32,000 bases of DNA from Bacillus subtilis subsp. subtilis str. 168 (lineage in GTDB: Bacteria; Bacillota; Bacilli; Bacillales; Bacillaceae), in assembly GCF_000009045.1 (NCBI RefSeq), contig NC_000964.3, positions 1,680,001-1,712,000 on the forward strand, written 5' to 3'. Below are positions 1-10,933 of the stretch, piece after piece. A program made the translations under genes and the position numbers. Below the pieces are notes generated by a model that worked only from the letters and a program-made list of their open reading frames with translations, ran no database searches and was not told where the DNA came from. The stretch's first letter is position 1. The number at the start of each line of letters is the position of its first letter.

Positions 1-258
1 AAAGCTGTTGCTCTCCATTATGACGAACAAAAAGACAAGGCGCCGAGAGTGATTGCCACAGGGAAGGGCCATGTAGCTGACAACATTATAAAAGAAGCGA
101 AAAAAGCAGGGGTCCCGATTCAAGAAGATCGGACCCTTGTCGAATTAATGCGCCATTTGACGGTAGATGATCAAATTCCTGAAGCTCTTTATGAAACGGT
201 AGCCGAGATTTTTTCATTCATTTACAAATTGGACGAAAGCGTAAAAAACAAAAAATAG
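1..258 (+). CDS. ylqH: FlhB C-terminal-domain-like protein YlqH (5' end off the window)
   Basis: Frame 1 is open from base 1 (KAVALHYDEQKDKAPRVIATGKGHVADNII...) to TAG at 256-258. The track's GTG at 49 is internal. The product aligns by eye with the C-terminal domain of FlhB encoded at 27418-27681 in this window. Confidence 0.85.
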   Translation, partial: KAVALHYDEQKDKAPRVIATGKGHVADNIIKEAKKAGVPIQEDRTLVELMRHLTVDDQIPEALYETVAEIFSFIYKLDESVKNKK

Positions 259-351
259 CTAAAATATTCCCCATCCTTCTTTGAAATTTATGTTTTTAAT
301 AAAGTAAAAGTTTGAATGTTTAGAAGGATTAAAAGATTTTGCATCGAACTG

Positions 352-381
352 TAGACAATTCTTCCAGTATTATTATAGAAT
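352..381 (+). promoter_or_regulatory. Candidate sigma-A promoter for sucCD
   Basis: TAGACA at 352-357 (5/6 to TTGACA). It is followed 16-18 nt later by TATTATAGAAT, giving TATAGA at 374-379 or TAGAAT at 376-381, about 50 nt upstream of the sucC ATG. Motif match only. Confidence 0.45.
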
Positions 382-430
382 GAAAGCGCAGTCTATTTTA
401 GTTTTGTTACATAAGTTAGGAGGATGGGAA

Positions 431-1588
<1,158 letters not shown>

Positions 1589-1616
1589 GAAAGAATGAAA
1601 GGCAGGGGACCAAATA

Positions 1617-2519
1617 ATGAGTGTTTTCATTAATAAAGATACAAGAGTTATTGTGCAAGGGATTACAGGTTCTACCGCTTTATTTCATACGAAGCAGATG
1701 CTTGAATACGGCACAAATATCGTTGGCGGTGTAACACCTGGAAAAGGCGGAACAGAAGCGGAAGGTGTTCCTGTATTTAATACAGTGGCTGAAGCAGTTC
1801 AAACAACCGGCGCTAACGCGTCTGTTATATATGTGCCCGCACCGTTTGCAGCTGATGCGATTATGGAAGCGGTAGATGCGGAGCTTGATCTCGTGATTTG
1901 TATCACAGAACATATCCCGGTTTTGGATATGGTGAAGGTCAAACGCTTCATGGAAGGCAAGAAAACGAGACTGATAGGGCCGAACTGTCCTGGTGTCATT
2001 ACGCCTGAAGAATGTAAAATCGGCATTATGCCCGGATACATCCATAAAAAGGGTCATGTAGGCGTTGTATCACGTTCAGGAACATTAACATACGAAGCGG
2101 TGCACCAGCTCTCAGAAGCGGGTGTAGGGCAATCTACAGCTGTTGGAATCGGCGGCGACCCTGTAAATGGAACAAACTTTATTGACGTTTTAAAAGCGTT
2201 TAACGAAGATCCTGACACACACGCAGTCATCATGATTGGCGAAATCGGCGGTACGGCCGAAGAGGAAGCGGCAGAGTGGGTAAAAGCCAACATGACAAAA
2301 CCGGTAGTCGGTTTTATTGGCGGTAAAACAGCACCTCCTGGGAAGCGCATGGGGCATGCAGGCGCCATTATTTCCGGCGGGAAAGGGACAGCTGATGAAA
2401 AAATCAAAACCCTTAATGCATGCGGAATCGAAGTTGCAGAGACACCTTCTGTCATGGGTGAAACCTTAATCAAGGTGCTGAAAGAGAAGAACTTGTTCGA
2501 AACTTGTAAAACGCATTAA
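1617..2519 (+). CDS. sucD: Succinyl-CoA synthetase alpha subunit
   Basis: 300 aa with [15 protein letters not shown] and the phosphohistidine loop GHAGAIISG. Lies directly downstream of sucC. Confidence 0.96.
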   Translation: MSVFINKDTRVIVQGITGSTALFHTKQMLEYGTNIVGGVTPGKGGTEAEGVPVFNTVAEAVQTTGANASVIYVPAPFAADAIMEAVDAELDLVICITEHIPVLDMVKVKRFMEGKKTRLIGPNCPGVITPEECKIGIMPGYIHKKGHVGVVSRSGTLTYEAVHQLSEAGVGQSTAVGIGGDPVNGTNFIDVLKAFNEDPDTHAVIMIGEIGGTAEEEAAEWVKANMTKPVVGFIGGKTAPPGKRMGHAGAIISGGKGTADEKIKTLNACGIEVAETPSVMGETLIKVLKEKNLFETCKTH

Positions 2520-2526
2520 TAAAAAA

Positions 2527-2557
2527 GGGACAGCCGTCAAGGCTGTTCCTGCTTTTT
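2527..2557 (+). terminator. Rho-independent terminator after sucD
   Basis: GGGACAGCC (2527-2535) pairs with GGCTGTTCC (2541-2549), with one G-U pair and loop GTCAA. Followed by TGCTTTTT. Confidence 0.7.
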
Positions 2558-2579
2558 CTAACAAAAGGAGGTCAATCTA

Positions 2580-3473
2580 TTGGATCAGGCCGCTGTCTGC
2601 CTAACGATTTGCAGAATCAATCAATTATTATCCCCATCCCTTCTATTAAAATGGTGGAAAGCCGATCCGTCTATGTCGCTGACATCACCCGTGTTACAAA
2701 CGGTTACTCGTGATCAAATAAAAGCAGCTGCATTAAAAAACGAAATAGAACAATTTTATCCAAAGCTCCCGCGTGTACTTGCTGCTTATCGTGAGCAAGG
2801 CATTAACACCATCCCTATTTCTTCAAAGCAATATCCTTTCTGGCTTAAAAGCATTTATGATCCCCCTGCCGTACTGTTTGCAAAAGGTGATATGACTCTT
2901 CTTTCGAAAGGGAGAAAAATTGGAATTGTAGGCACAAGAAATCCAACAGCTTATGGGAAACAAGTTGTCAATCATCTTACAAAAGAGATCTGTCGTAAAG
3001 GTTGGGTGATTGTCAGCGGACTGGCGTCTGGGATAGACGGAATGTCCCATGCTGCAAGTATTAAGGCGAAGGGGCGGACAATTGGCGTCATTGCAGGCGG
3101 ATTTCAACACATTTATCCCCGAGAAAACCTTCAGTTAGCAGATCACATGGCTAAACACCATATCCTGCTGTCAGAGCACCCACCTGAAACTAAACCCCAA
3201 AAATGGCATTTCCCTATGAGAAACCGTATTATCAGCGGACTAAGTGAAGGCGTTATTGTCGTTCAGGGCAAAGAAAAAAGCGGTTCGCTGATTACTGCCT
3301 ATCAAGCATTGGAACAAGGGAGAGAGGTATTTGCCGTACCCGGTTCATTGTTTGACCCTTACGCCGGAGGTCCTATAAAACTGATCCAGCAGGGGGCTAA
3401 AGCCATATGGTCAGCAGAGGATATTTTCGAGGAACTTCCTGAGAGAAACGTTCAATATACGGAACCCTTTTGA
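2580..3473 (+). CDS. dprA: DNA processing protein A (Smf/DprA), transformation ssDNA/RecA loader
   Basis: 297 aa with a TTG start preceded by AAAGGAGG. Carries DprA Rossmann-fold motifs GIVGTRNPTAYG, SGLASGIDG and FPMRNRIISGLS. Confidence 0.92.
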   Translation: MDQAAVCLTICRINQLLSPSLLLKWWKADPSMSLTSPVLQTVTRDQIKAAALKNEIEQFYPKLPRVLAAYREQGINTIPISSKQYPFWLKSIYDPPAVLFAKGDMTLLSKGRKIGIVGTRNPTAYGKQVVNHLTKEICRKGWVIVSGLASGIDGMSHAASIKAKGRTIGVIAGGFQHIYPRENLQLADHMAKHHILLSEHPPETKPQKWHFPMRNRIISGLSEGVIVVQGKEKSGSLITAYQALEQGREVFAVPGSLFDPYAGGPIKLIQQGAKAIWSAEDIFEELPERNVQYTEPF

Positions 3474-3481
3474 ATTATCGT

Positions 3482-3511
3482 TTGACAAACGGTATTGTAA
3501 TATTTAATAAT
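3482..3511 (+). promoter_or_regulatory. Candidate sigma-A promoter for topA
   Basis: Perfect TTGACA at 3482-3487. A -10-like TAATAA (3505-3510) or AATAAT (3506-3511) follows at 17-18 nt spacing, inside a 187-nt AT-rich spacer. Motif match only. Confidence 0.4.
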
Positions 3512-3660
3512 AGTGAGGATTTAAAGTTGCATATTGTTTTCTATTTAATTAATGACGTTCATGATAAAGAATGAAATGTTGAAAGCCAAATAAAGACAGC
3601 TGCAAAAATAAAATTGAAATATCTTGAAAAGAGAGAGAACACCTCTTGAGGGGGATGAAA

Positions 3661-5736
3661 ATGTCTGATTATCTAGTCATCGTGGAATCGCCCGCTAAGG
3701 CGAAAACGATTGAACGTTACTTAGGTAAAAAATATAAAGTAAAAGCATCAATGGGACATGTCCGGGATCTTCCAAAAAGTCAAATGGGAGTTGACATAGA
3801 ACAGAATTTTGAACCGAAATATATTACCATTCGAGGTAAAGGCCCGGTATTAAAAGAGCTGAAAACGGCTGCGAAAAAAGCCAAAAAAGTGTATCTCGCA
3901 GCTGACCCCGACAGAGAAGGGGAAGCGATTGCATGGCATTTGGCACACAGTCTTGATTTAGATCTCAACTCAGACTGCCGTGTGGTGTTTAACGAAATTA
4001 CAAAAGACGCTATTAAGGAATCGTTTAAGCATCCCCGCATGATCAATATGGATTTAGTGGATGCACAGCAAGCGAGACGTATTTTAGACAGGCTTGTCGG
4101 ATATAAAATCAGTCCAATCTTATGGAAAAAAGTCAAAAAAGGGCTTAGCGCAGGACGCGTGCAATCCGTTGCCCTCCGTTTGATTATTGACCGTGAAAAA
4201 GAGATTAACGACTTTAAGCCTGAGGAATATTGGACAATTGACGGTACGTTCTTAAAAGGTCAAGAAACCTTTGAAGCGAGCTTTTTCGGGAAAAACGGCA
4301 AAAAACTTCCTTTAAATAGTGAAGCTGATGTAAAAGAGATTCTTTCTCAGCTCAAAGGGAATCAATATACAGTTGAAAAAGTAACCAAAAAGGAACGCAA
4401 ACGTAATCCTGCTTTGCCTTTTACCACTTCTACCCTGCAGCAGGAAGCGGCTCGCAAGCTCAATTTCAGAGCGAAGAAAACGATGATGATTGCACAGCAA
4501 TTATATGAAGGAATTGATTTAGGAAGAGAAGGAACGGTTGGTCTGATCACGTATATGAGAACGGATTCAACCCGTATTTCAAATACGGCTGTTGATGAAG
4601 CAGCTGCATTTATTGATCAGACATATGGAAAAGAGTTCCTAGGCGGAAAACGGAAGCCTGCGAAAAAGAATGAAAATGCCCAGGATGCCCACGAAGCAAT
4701 TCGGCCGACATCAGTTCTTAGAAAACCAAGTGAATTAAAAGCAGTCCTCGGCAGAGACCAAATGAGACTGTATAAATTAATTTGGGAGCGTTTTGTTGCC
4801 AGCCAAATGGCACCGGCTGTTCTCGATACAATGAGTGTCGACCTGACAAACAACGGTTTGACATTTCGTGCAAATGGAAGTAAAGTCAAGTTTTCCGGGT
4901 TTATGAAGGTGTATGTTGAAGGAAAAGACGATCAAATGGAAGAAAAAGACCGGATGCTGCCTGACTTACAAGAAGGCGACACGGTATTATCAAAAGATAT
5001 AGAACCTGAGCAGCATTTTACCCAGCCGCCTCCGCGATATACTGAGGCCCGGCTTGTTAAAACCCTTGAAGAACGCGGTATCGGCCGTCCATCCACATAT
5101 GCTCCGACACTTGATACTATTCAGCGGCGCGGCTACGTGGCATTGGATAATAAACGTTTCGTTCCGACTGAATTAGGTCAGATCGTTCTTGACTTGATCA
5201 TGGAGTTTTTCCCTGAGATCATTAACGTTGAGTTTACAGCTAAAATGGAGAGAGATCTTGATCATGTTGAAGAAGGAAATACCGAATGGGTCAAGATTAT
5301 CGATAATTTCTACACCGATTTTGAAAAACGCGTCAAAAAAGCCGAATCGGAAATGAAGGAAGTTGAGATTGAACCAGAGTATGCTGGAGAGGATTGTGAA
5401 TTGTGCAGTTCTCCAATGGTATATAAAATGGGACGGTACGGTAAATTCTTAGCTTGCTCCAACTTCCCTGACTGCCGGAACACGAAACCGATTGTGAAAC
5501 AAATCGGTGTGAAGTGCCCGAGCTGCGGAGAAGGAAACATTGTTGAGCGAAAATCGAAAAAGAAACGGGTGTTTTACGGCTGTGACCGTTATCCGGACTG
5601 TGAATTCGTATCATGGGACAAACCAATTGAACGAAAATGCCCGAAATGCGGAAAAATGCTCGTCGAGAAAAAACTCAAAAAAGGTATACAAGTCCAATGC
5701 GTGGAATGCGATTATAAGGAAGAACCACAGAAGTAG
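3661..5736 (+). CDS. topA: DNA topoisomerase I (type IA)
   Basis: Starts [17 protein letters not shown] (TOPRIM). Contains DPDREGE and active-site Tyr context TYMRTDS. Three C-terminal Cys4 zinc ribbons are visible (CELC...CSNFPDC, CPSC...CDRYPDC, CPKC...CVEC). ATG 3661 gives 691 aa; the track start 3646 lies inside the SD-like GAGGGGGA. Confidence 0.96.
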   Translation: MSDYLVIVESPAKAKTIERYLGKKYKVKASMGHVRDLPKSQMGVDIEQNFEPKYITIRGKGPVLKELKTAAKKAKKVYLAADPDREGEAIAWHLAHSLDLDLNSDCRVVFNEITKDAIKESFKHPRMINMDLVDAQQARRILDRLVGYKISPILWKKVKKGLSAGRVQSVALRLIIDREKEINDFKPEEYWTIDGTFLKGQETFEASFFGKNGKKLPLNSEADVKEILSQLKGNQYTVEKVTKKERKRNPALPFTTSTLQQEAARKLNFRAKKTMMIAQQLYEGIDLGREGTVGLITYMRTDSTRISNTAVDEAAAFIDQTYGKEFLGGKRKPAKKNENAQDAHEAIRPTSVLRKPSELKAVLGRDQMRLYKLIWERFVASQMAPAVLDTMSVDLTNNGLTFRANGSKVKFSGFMKVYVEGKDDQMEEKDRMLPDLQEGDTVLSKDIEPEQHFTQPPPRYTEARLVKTLEERGIGRPSTYAPTLDTIQRRGYVALDNKRFVPTELGQIVLDLIMEFFPEIINVEFTAKMERDLDHVEEGNTEWVKIIDNFYTDFEKRVKKAESEMKEVEIEPEYAGEDCELCSSPMVYKMGRYGKFLACSNFPDCRNTKPIVKQIGVKCPSCGEGNIVERKSKKKRVFYGCDRYPDCEFVSWDKPIERKCPKCGKMLVEKKLKKGIQVQCVECDYKEEPQK

Positions 5737-5737
5737 C

Positions 5738-5770
5738 GGTGAGCAGGGTCTTGCTCACCTTCTTTGTGTG
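5738..5770 (+). terminator. Hairpin with a weak T-tract after topA (putative terminator or attenuator)
   Basis: GGTGAGCA (5738-5745) pairs perfectly with TGCTCACC (5752-5759), loop GGGTCT, followed by TTCTTTGTGTG. It begins 2 nt after the topA stop codon. Confidence 0.5.
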
Positions 5771-5811
5771 TTAAAAGAAGGCCTTGAATAATAAACTAGG
5801 AGATGTGAAAG

Positions 5812-7119
5812 ATGAACCAACAAACAGTGAATGTAATCGGAGCCGGACTCGCAGGAAGTGAAGCAGCATGGCAGCTTGCCAAACGTGGGATTCAAGTCAA
5901 ATTGTATGAAATGCGGCCAGTTAAACAAACGCCTGCGCATCATACAGATAAATTTGCTGAGCTTGTCTGCAGCAACTCTCTTCGCTCTAATACACTTGCT
6001 AACGCTGTCGGTGTATTAAAGGAAGAAATGCGTGCGCTTGATTCAGCCATTATCGCTGCGGCTGACGAATGTTCGGTGCCTGCCGGGGGCGCTCTTGCAG
6101 TAGACCGTCATGAATTTGCCGCAAGTGTGACAAATCGGGTGAAAAATCATCCAAACGTAACCGTTATTAATGAAGAAGTGACTGAAATTCCTGAAGGCCC
6201 TACTATCATCGCAACGGGTCCGTTAACATCTGAATCGCTGTCTGCCCAGCTGAAGGAGCTGACTGGAGAGGACTATTTATATTTTTATGACGCAGCGGCG
6301 CCAATTGTAGAAAAAGACAGCCTTGATATGGATAAAGTGTACCTGAAATCCCGTTATGATAAAGGTGAAGCAGCATATTTGAACTGCCCGATGACAGAAG
6401 AAGAGTTTGACCGTTTTCATGAAGCATTAACATCAGCAGAAACAGTGCCGTTAAAAGAATTTGAAAAAGAGATTTTCTTTGAAGGCTGCATGCCGATTGA
6501 AGTCATGGCAAAACGGGGTAAGAAAACAATGCTTTTCGGTCCGATGAAACCAGTTGGTCTAGAGCATCCTGTTACAGGAAAACGCCCTTATGCCGTCGTT
6601 CAGCTCAGACAGGATGATGCTGCGGGAACACTTTATAATATTGTAGGATTCCAGACACATTTAAAATGGGGAGACCAAAAGGAAGTTCTCAAGTTGATTC
6701 CAGGACTTGAAAATGTAGAAATCGTCAGATATGGCGTGATGCATAGAAACACATTTATTAACTCTCCAAGCCTGTTAAAGCCGACTTATCAATTTAAAAA
6801 CCGCAGTGATCTGTTCTTTGCAGGCCAAATGACGGGAGTAGAAGGATATGTGGAATCAGCTGCCTCAGGACTTGTAGCAGGCATTAATGCGGCGAAGCTT
6901 GTATTGGGAGAAGAGCTTGTGATCTTCCCTCAGGAAACAGCAATTGGCAGTATGGCACATTATATTACAACAACAAACCAGAAGAACTTCCAGCCGATGA
7001 ATGCAAACTTTGGGCTTTTGAAAGAATTGCCAGTTAAAATTAAAAATAAAAAAGAACGAAATGAACAATACGCGAACCGTGCGATTGAAACAATTCAAAC
7101 AATTTCGAAAACAATATAG
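5812..7119 (+). CDS. trmFO: Folate/FAD-dependent tRNA (uracil54-C5)-methyltransferase TrmFO (Gid)
   Basis: 435 aa. N-terminal FAD-binding motif [16 protein letters not shown] and typical TrmFO/GidA-small-form sequence throughout. Confidence 0.94.
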   Translation: MNQQTVNVIGAGLAGSEAAWQLAKRGIQVKLYEMRPVKQTPAHHTDKFAELVCSNSLRSNTLANAVGVLKEEMRALDSAIIAAADECSVPAGGALAVDRHEFAASVTNRVKNHPNVTVINEEVTEIPEGPTIIATGPLTSESLSAQLKELTGEDYLYFYDAAAPIVEKDSLDMDKVYLKSRYDKGEAAYLNCPMTEEEFDRFHEALTSAETVPLKEFEKEIFFEGCMPIEVMAKRGKKTMLFGPMKPVGLEHPVTGKRPYAVVQLRQDDAAGTLYNIVGFQTHLKWGDQKEVLKLIPGLENVEIVRYGVMHRNTFINSPSLLKPTYQFKNRSDLFFAGQMTGVEGYVESAASGLVAGINAAKLVLGEELVIFPQETAIGSMAHYITTTNQKNFQPMNANFGLLKELPVKIKNKKERNEQYANRAIETIQTISKTI

Positions 7120-7126
7120 GTATTGA

Positions 7127-7156
7127 TTGCAACCTGAGCGCGATTTGTGATACCAT
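7127..7156 (+). promoter_or_regulatory. Candidate promoter of the codV-clpQ-clpY-codY operon
   Basis: TTGCAA at 7127-7132, an 18-nt spacer, then an extended -10-like TGATACCAT at 7148-7156, about 30 nt upstream of the codV ATG. Motif match only. Confidence 0.35.
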
Positions 7157-7186
7157 TTAAAAGCCCTTCCTGGGGAGGTATTAGGC

Positions 7187-8101
7187 ATGGAGAATGTTAA
7201 GAATTTCGTAAAGTTATTCGTTGAATATTTACAAATTGAAAAAAATTATTCACAATATACTATTGTGAATTATGTGGATTCAATTGAAGAATTCGAGACT
7301 TTCCTGCGCGTTCAAGGTATAAATGGATTTGAAGAAGCTGCATATCAAGATACTAGGATTTTTTTGACAGAAGCCTATGAAAAAGGTTTATCGAGAAGAA
7401 CAATAAGCAAAAAGATATCTGCATTAAGAAGCTTTTATAAGTTTCTGATGCGGGAAAAGCTTATTGAAGAAAATCCGTTTCAGCTTGTTCATCTGCCAAA
7501 ACAGGAGAAACGGATACCGAAGTTTCTATATCAAAAAGAGCTTGAGGAGCTGTTTGAAGTTTCAGATATAAGCCAGCCGGCCGGAATGAGGGATCAAGCG
7601 CTGTTAGAGCTGCTCTATGCCACTGGAATGAGGGTCAGTGAATGCTGTTCCATAACTATTAACGACGTTGATTTATTTATGGACACTGTGCTTGTTCACG
7701 GTAAAGGCAAGAAGCAGCGCTATATCCCCTTTGGGTCTTATGCCCGCGAAGCGTTGAAGGTATACATGAATAGCGGAAGACAGTGCTTGCTGATGAAGGC
7801 AAAAGAACCTCATGATCTATTATTCGTAAATCAAAGAGGCGGACCGCTTACAGCCCGTGGCATCAGACATATTTTAAGCGGGCTTGTTCAAAAAGCGTCA
7901 AGCACTTTACATATCCATCCGCATATGCTTCGACATACGTTCGCCACGCATCTGTTAAATGAAGGAGCGGATTTGAGAAGCGTTCAAGAACTGCTCGGGC
8001 ATTCCAATCTGTCTTCTACACAGATATACACGCACGTTTCGAAGGAAATGTTGAGAAACACATATATGTCTCACCATCCAAGAGCATTTAAGAAAAATTA
8101 A
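7187..8101 (+). CDS. codV: Tyrosine site-specific recombinase, XerC-type (CodV)
   Basis: 304 aa. Has an N-terminal SAM-like core-binding domain and the catalytic signature ATGMRVSE, HMLRHTFATHLL, LLGHSNLSSTQIYTHV. Confidence 0.94.
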   Translation: MENVKNFVKLFVEYLQIEKNYSQYTIVNYVDSIEEFETFLRVQGINGFEEAAYQDTRIFLTEAYEKGLSRRTISKKISALRSFYKFLMREKLIEENPFQLVHLPKQEKRIPKFLYQKELEELFEVSDISQPAGMRDQALLELLYATGMRVSECCSITINDVDLFMDTVLVHGKGKKQRYIPFGSYAREALKVYMNSGRQCLLMKAKEPHDLLFVNQRGGPLTARGIRHILSGLVQKASSTLHIHPHMLRHTFATHLLNEGADLRSVQELLGHSNLSSTQIYTHVSKEMLRNTYMSHHPRAFKKN

Positions 8102-8113
8102 AGGAGGCCCTTT

Positions 8114-8659
8114 ATGTCATCTTTTCATGCGACCACAATATTTGCCGTACAGCATAAAGGACGAAGCGCTATGTCCGGAGACGGCCAAGTAACATTTGGT
8201 CAGGCTGTTGTCATGAAACACACGGCACGGAAAGTGAGAAAACTGTTTAACGGCAAAGTTCTTGCTGGTTTTGCGGGATCTGTTGCAGACGCTTTCACTT
8301 TATTCGAAAAGTTTGAAGCTAAGCTTGAAGAATATAACGGCAACTTAAAACGGGCGGCTGTTGAGCTTGCAAAGGAATGGCGCAGTGATAAAGTGCTAAG
8401 AAAGCTCGAAGCCATGCTGATTGTTATGAATCAGGATACTTTGCTTCTCGTATCGGGAACAGGCGAGGTGATCGAACCAGATGACGGCATTCTCGCGATT
8501 GGATCAGGAGGCAATTACGCTTTGGCAGCGGGAAGAGCACTGAAAAAGCATGCCGGGGAAAGCATGTCTGCAAGTGAGATTGCCAGAGCCGCGTTAGAAA
8601 CAGCAGGCGAAATTTGTGTTTACACGAACGATCAAATCATACTGGAAGAGCTTGAATAG
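8114..8659 (+). CDS. clpQ: ATP-dependent protease peptidase subunit ClpQ/HslV (CodW)
   Basis: 181 aa of the HslV family (TTIFAV..., [14 protein letters not shown]). Immediately upstream of the partner ATPase gene. Confidence 0.95.
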   Translation: MSSFHATTIFAVQHKGRSAMSGDGQVTFGQAVVMKHTARKVRKLFNGKVLAGFAGSVADAFTLFEKFEAKLEEYNGNLKRAAVELAKEWRSDKVLRKLEAMLIVMNQDTLLLVSGTGEVIEPDDGILAIGSGGNYALAAGRALKKHAGESMSASEIARAALETAGEICVYTNDQIILEELE

Positions 8660-8675
8660 AAAGGACTTGAGGCGC

Positions 8676-10079
8676 ATGGAAAAAAAACCGTTAACTCCTA
8701 GACAGATTGTAGATCGGTTAGACCAATATATTGTCGGTCAGCAAAATGCGAAAAAAGCTGTCGCCGTGGCATTAAGAAACCGCTATAGAAGAAGTCTTCT
8801 GGATGAAAAGCTGAAGGACGAGGTCGTTCCGAAAAACATTTTAATGATGGGTCCTACCGGCGTCGGGAAAACTGAAATTGCCAGACGAATCGCTAAGCTT
8901 TCAGGTGCGCCATTTATCAAAATTGAAGCTACTAAATTTACCGAAGTCGGCTATGTAGGCAGAGATGTTGAATCAATGGTCAGAGATCTTGTGGAGACTT
9001 CTGTTCGGCTTATAAAAGAAGAGAAAATGAATGAAGTAAAGGAACAGGCAGAAGAAAATGCAAACAAACGCATTGTTCGTCTGTTAGTTCCTGGGAAGAA
9101 AAAACAATCTGGTGTTAAAAATCCGTTTGAAATGTTTTTTGGAGGCAGCCAGCCGAATGGTGAAGATGAGGCGGAGAGCCAGGAAGAAGCAAACATCGAA
9201 GAAAAAAGAAAACGAATGGCGCATCAGCTGGCTTTAGGAGAGCTCGAAGACTACTATGTAACAGTAGAAGTCGAAGAACAGCAGCCTTCTATGTTTGACA
9301 TGCTGCAGGGCTCGGGTATGGAGCAGATGGGTATGAACATGCAGGATGCGCTGAGCGGATTAATGCCAAAGAAAAAGAAGCGGCGCAAAATGACAGTCAG
9401 AGAAGCCAGAAAAGTCCTGACGAATGAAGAAGCAAGCAAACTCATCGATATGGATGAAGTCGGCCAGGAAGCTGTTCAGAGAGCAGAAGAGAGCGGGATT
9501 ATCTTTATCGATGAGATTGATAAAATCGCAAAGAACGGCGGTGCATCTTCTTCTGCCGATGTTTCAAGAGAAGGTGTTCAGCGGGATATCCTTCCGATTG
9601 TTGAAGGTTCTACCGTTGTCACAAAATATGGTTCTGTAAAAACAGACCATGTATTATTTATTGCAGCAGGAGCGTTTCATATGGCCAAACCGTCTGATTT
9701 GATTCCTGAGCTGCAGGGGCGTTTCCCGATTCGTGTAGAACTGAACAAACTCACGGTAGACGACTTCGTGAGAATTTTGGTTGAGCCGGATAATGCGCTG
9801 CTGAAACAATATCAGGCATTATTGCAGACAGAAGGTATATCTCTTGAATTTTCTGACGAAGCTATTCATAAGATTGCTGAAGTTGCTTATCATGTGAACC
9901 AGGACACAGATAATATCGGTGCGAGACGCCTTCATACAATACTTGAACGCCTATTAGAAGATTTGTCGTTTGAAGCTCCAGATGTAACGATGGAGAAAAT
10001 AACGATTACACCACAGTATGTCGAAGAAAAGCTCGGAACGATAGCCAAAAACAAAGATTTAAGTCAATTTATATTGTGA
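8676..10079 (+). CDS. clpY: ATP-dependent protease ATPase subunit ClpY/HslU (CodX)
   Basis: Starts [22 protein letters not shown]. Has Walker [14 protein letters not shown], Walker [10 protein letters not shown] and an acidic I-domain. ATG 8676 gives 467 aa; the track start 8616 lies inside clpQ. Confidence 0.95.
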   Translation: MEKKPLTPRQIVDRLDQYIVGQQNAKKAVAVALRNRYRRSLLDEKLKDEVVPKNILMMGPTGVGKTEIARRIAKLSGAPFIKIEATKFTEVGYVGRDVESMVRDLVETSVRLIKEEKMNEVKEQAEENANKRIVRLLVPGKKKQSGVKNPFEMFFGGSQPNGEDEAESQEEANIEEKRKRMAHQLALGELEDYYVTVEVEEQQPSMFDMLQGSGMEQMGMNMQDALSGLMPKKKKRRKMTVREARKVLTNEEASKLIDMDEVGQEAVQRAEESGIIFIDEIDKIAKNGGASSSADVSREGVQRDILPIVEGSTVVTKYGSVKTDHVLFIAAGAFHMAKPSDLIPELQGRFPIRVELNKLTVDDFVRILVEPDNALLKQYQALLQTEGISLEFSDEAIHKIAEVAYHVNQDTDNIGARRLHTILERLLEDLSFEAPDVTMEKITITPQYVEEKLGTIAKNKDLSQFIL

Positions 10080-10118
10080 AAAATTTAATATGAGGAATGT
10101 TTAGGAGGATTATTTATC

Positions 10119-10898
10119 ATGGCTTTATTACAAAAAACAAGAATTATTAACTCCATGCTGCAAGCTGCGGCAGGGAAACCGGTAAACTTCAAGGAAATGG
10201 CGGAGACGCTGCGGGATGTAATTGATTCCAATATTTTCGTTGTAAGCCGCAGAGGGAAACTCCTTGGGTATTCAATTAACCAGCAAATTGAAAATGATCG
10301 TATGAAAAAAATGCTTGAGGATCGTCAATTCCCTGAAGAATATACGAAAAATCTGTTTAATGTCCCTGAAACATCTTCTAACTTGGATATTAATAGTGAA
10401 TATACTGCTTTCCCTGTTGAGAACAGAGACCTGTTTCAAGCTGGTTTAACAACAATTGTGCCGATCATCGGAGGCGGGGAAAGATTAGGAACACTTATTC
10501 TTTCGCGTTTACAAGATCAATTCAATGACGATGACTTAATTCTAGCTGAATACGGCGCAACAGTTGTCGGAATGGAAATCCTAAGAGAAAAAGCAGAAGA
10601 AATTGAAGAGGAAGCAAGAAGCAAAGCTGTCGTACAAATGGCTATCAGCTCGCTTTCTTACAGTGAGCTTGAAGCAATTGAGCACATTTTTGAGGAGCTT
10701 GACGGAAATGAAGGTCTTCTTGTTGCAAGTAAAATTGCTGACCGTGTCGGCATTACCCGTTCTGTTATTGTGAACGCACTCAGAAAGCTGGAGAGCGCCG
10801 GTGTTATCGAGTCTAGATCATTAGGAATGAAAGGTACTTATATCAAGGTACTAAACAACAAATTCCTAATTGAATTAGAAAATCTAAAATCTCATTAA
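10119..10898 (+). CDS. codY: GTP/BCAA-sensing global transcriptional repressor CodY
   Basis: 259 aa. N-terminal GAF-like domain and C-terminal w[35 protein letters not shown]. Strong SD TAGGAGG upstream. Confidence 0.97.
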
Positions 10899-10906
10899 TC
10901 ACAAAA

Positions 10907-10933
10907 AGAACCCTTTTTGAGGGTTCTTTTTTT
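10907..10933 (+). terminator. Rho-independent terminator after codY
   Basis: AGAACCCT (10907-10914) pairs perfectly with AGGGTTCT (10920-10927), loop TTTTG, followed by T6 (10928-10933). An A-tract precedes it. Confidence 0.85.

Noticed and set aside
380-430. Upstream in-frame extensions in the ORF track: sucC from 380, topA from 3646, clpY from 8616, fliE from 12124, fliM from 21675, fliY from 22663, fliQ from 25534 and fliR from 25802.
   Set aside because: In each case the upstream start lacks a usable SD, or lies within the SD or the preceding gene. A downstream ATG or GTG has a GGAGG-type SD at 6-9 nt and gives the conserved family N-terminus.
2054-2473. 139-aa minus-strand ORF, and the neighbouring 1680-2057 and 1799-2041 minus ORFs, antisense to sucD.
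   Set aside because: They lie entirely inside a strongly conserved + strand gene. They have no SD or promoter context and their composition is biased and low in complexity (P/S/A/T-rich). These are typical shadow ORFs.
3552-3593. 13-codon ORF (MTFMIKNEMLKAK) in the dprA-topA spacer.
   Set aside because: It has no SD upstream, lies in AT-rich leader sequence and is of a length expected by chance.
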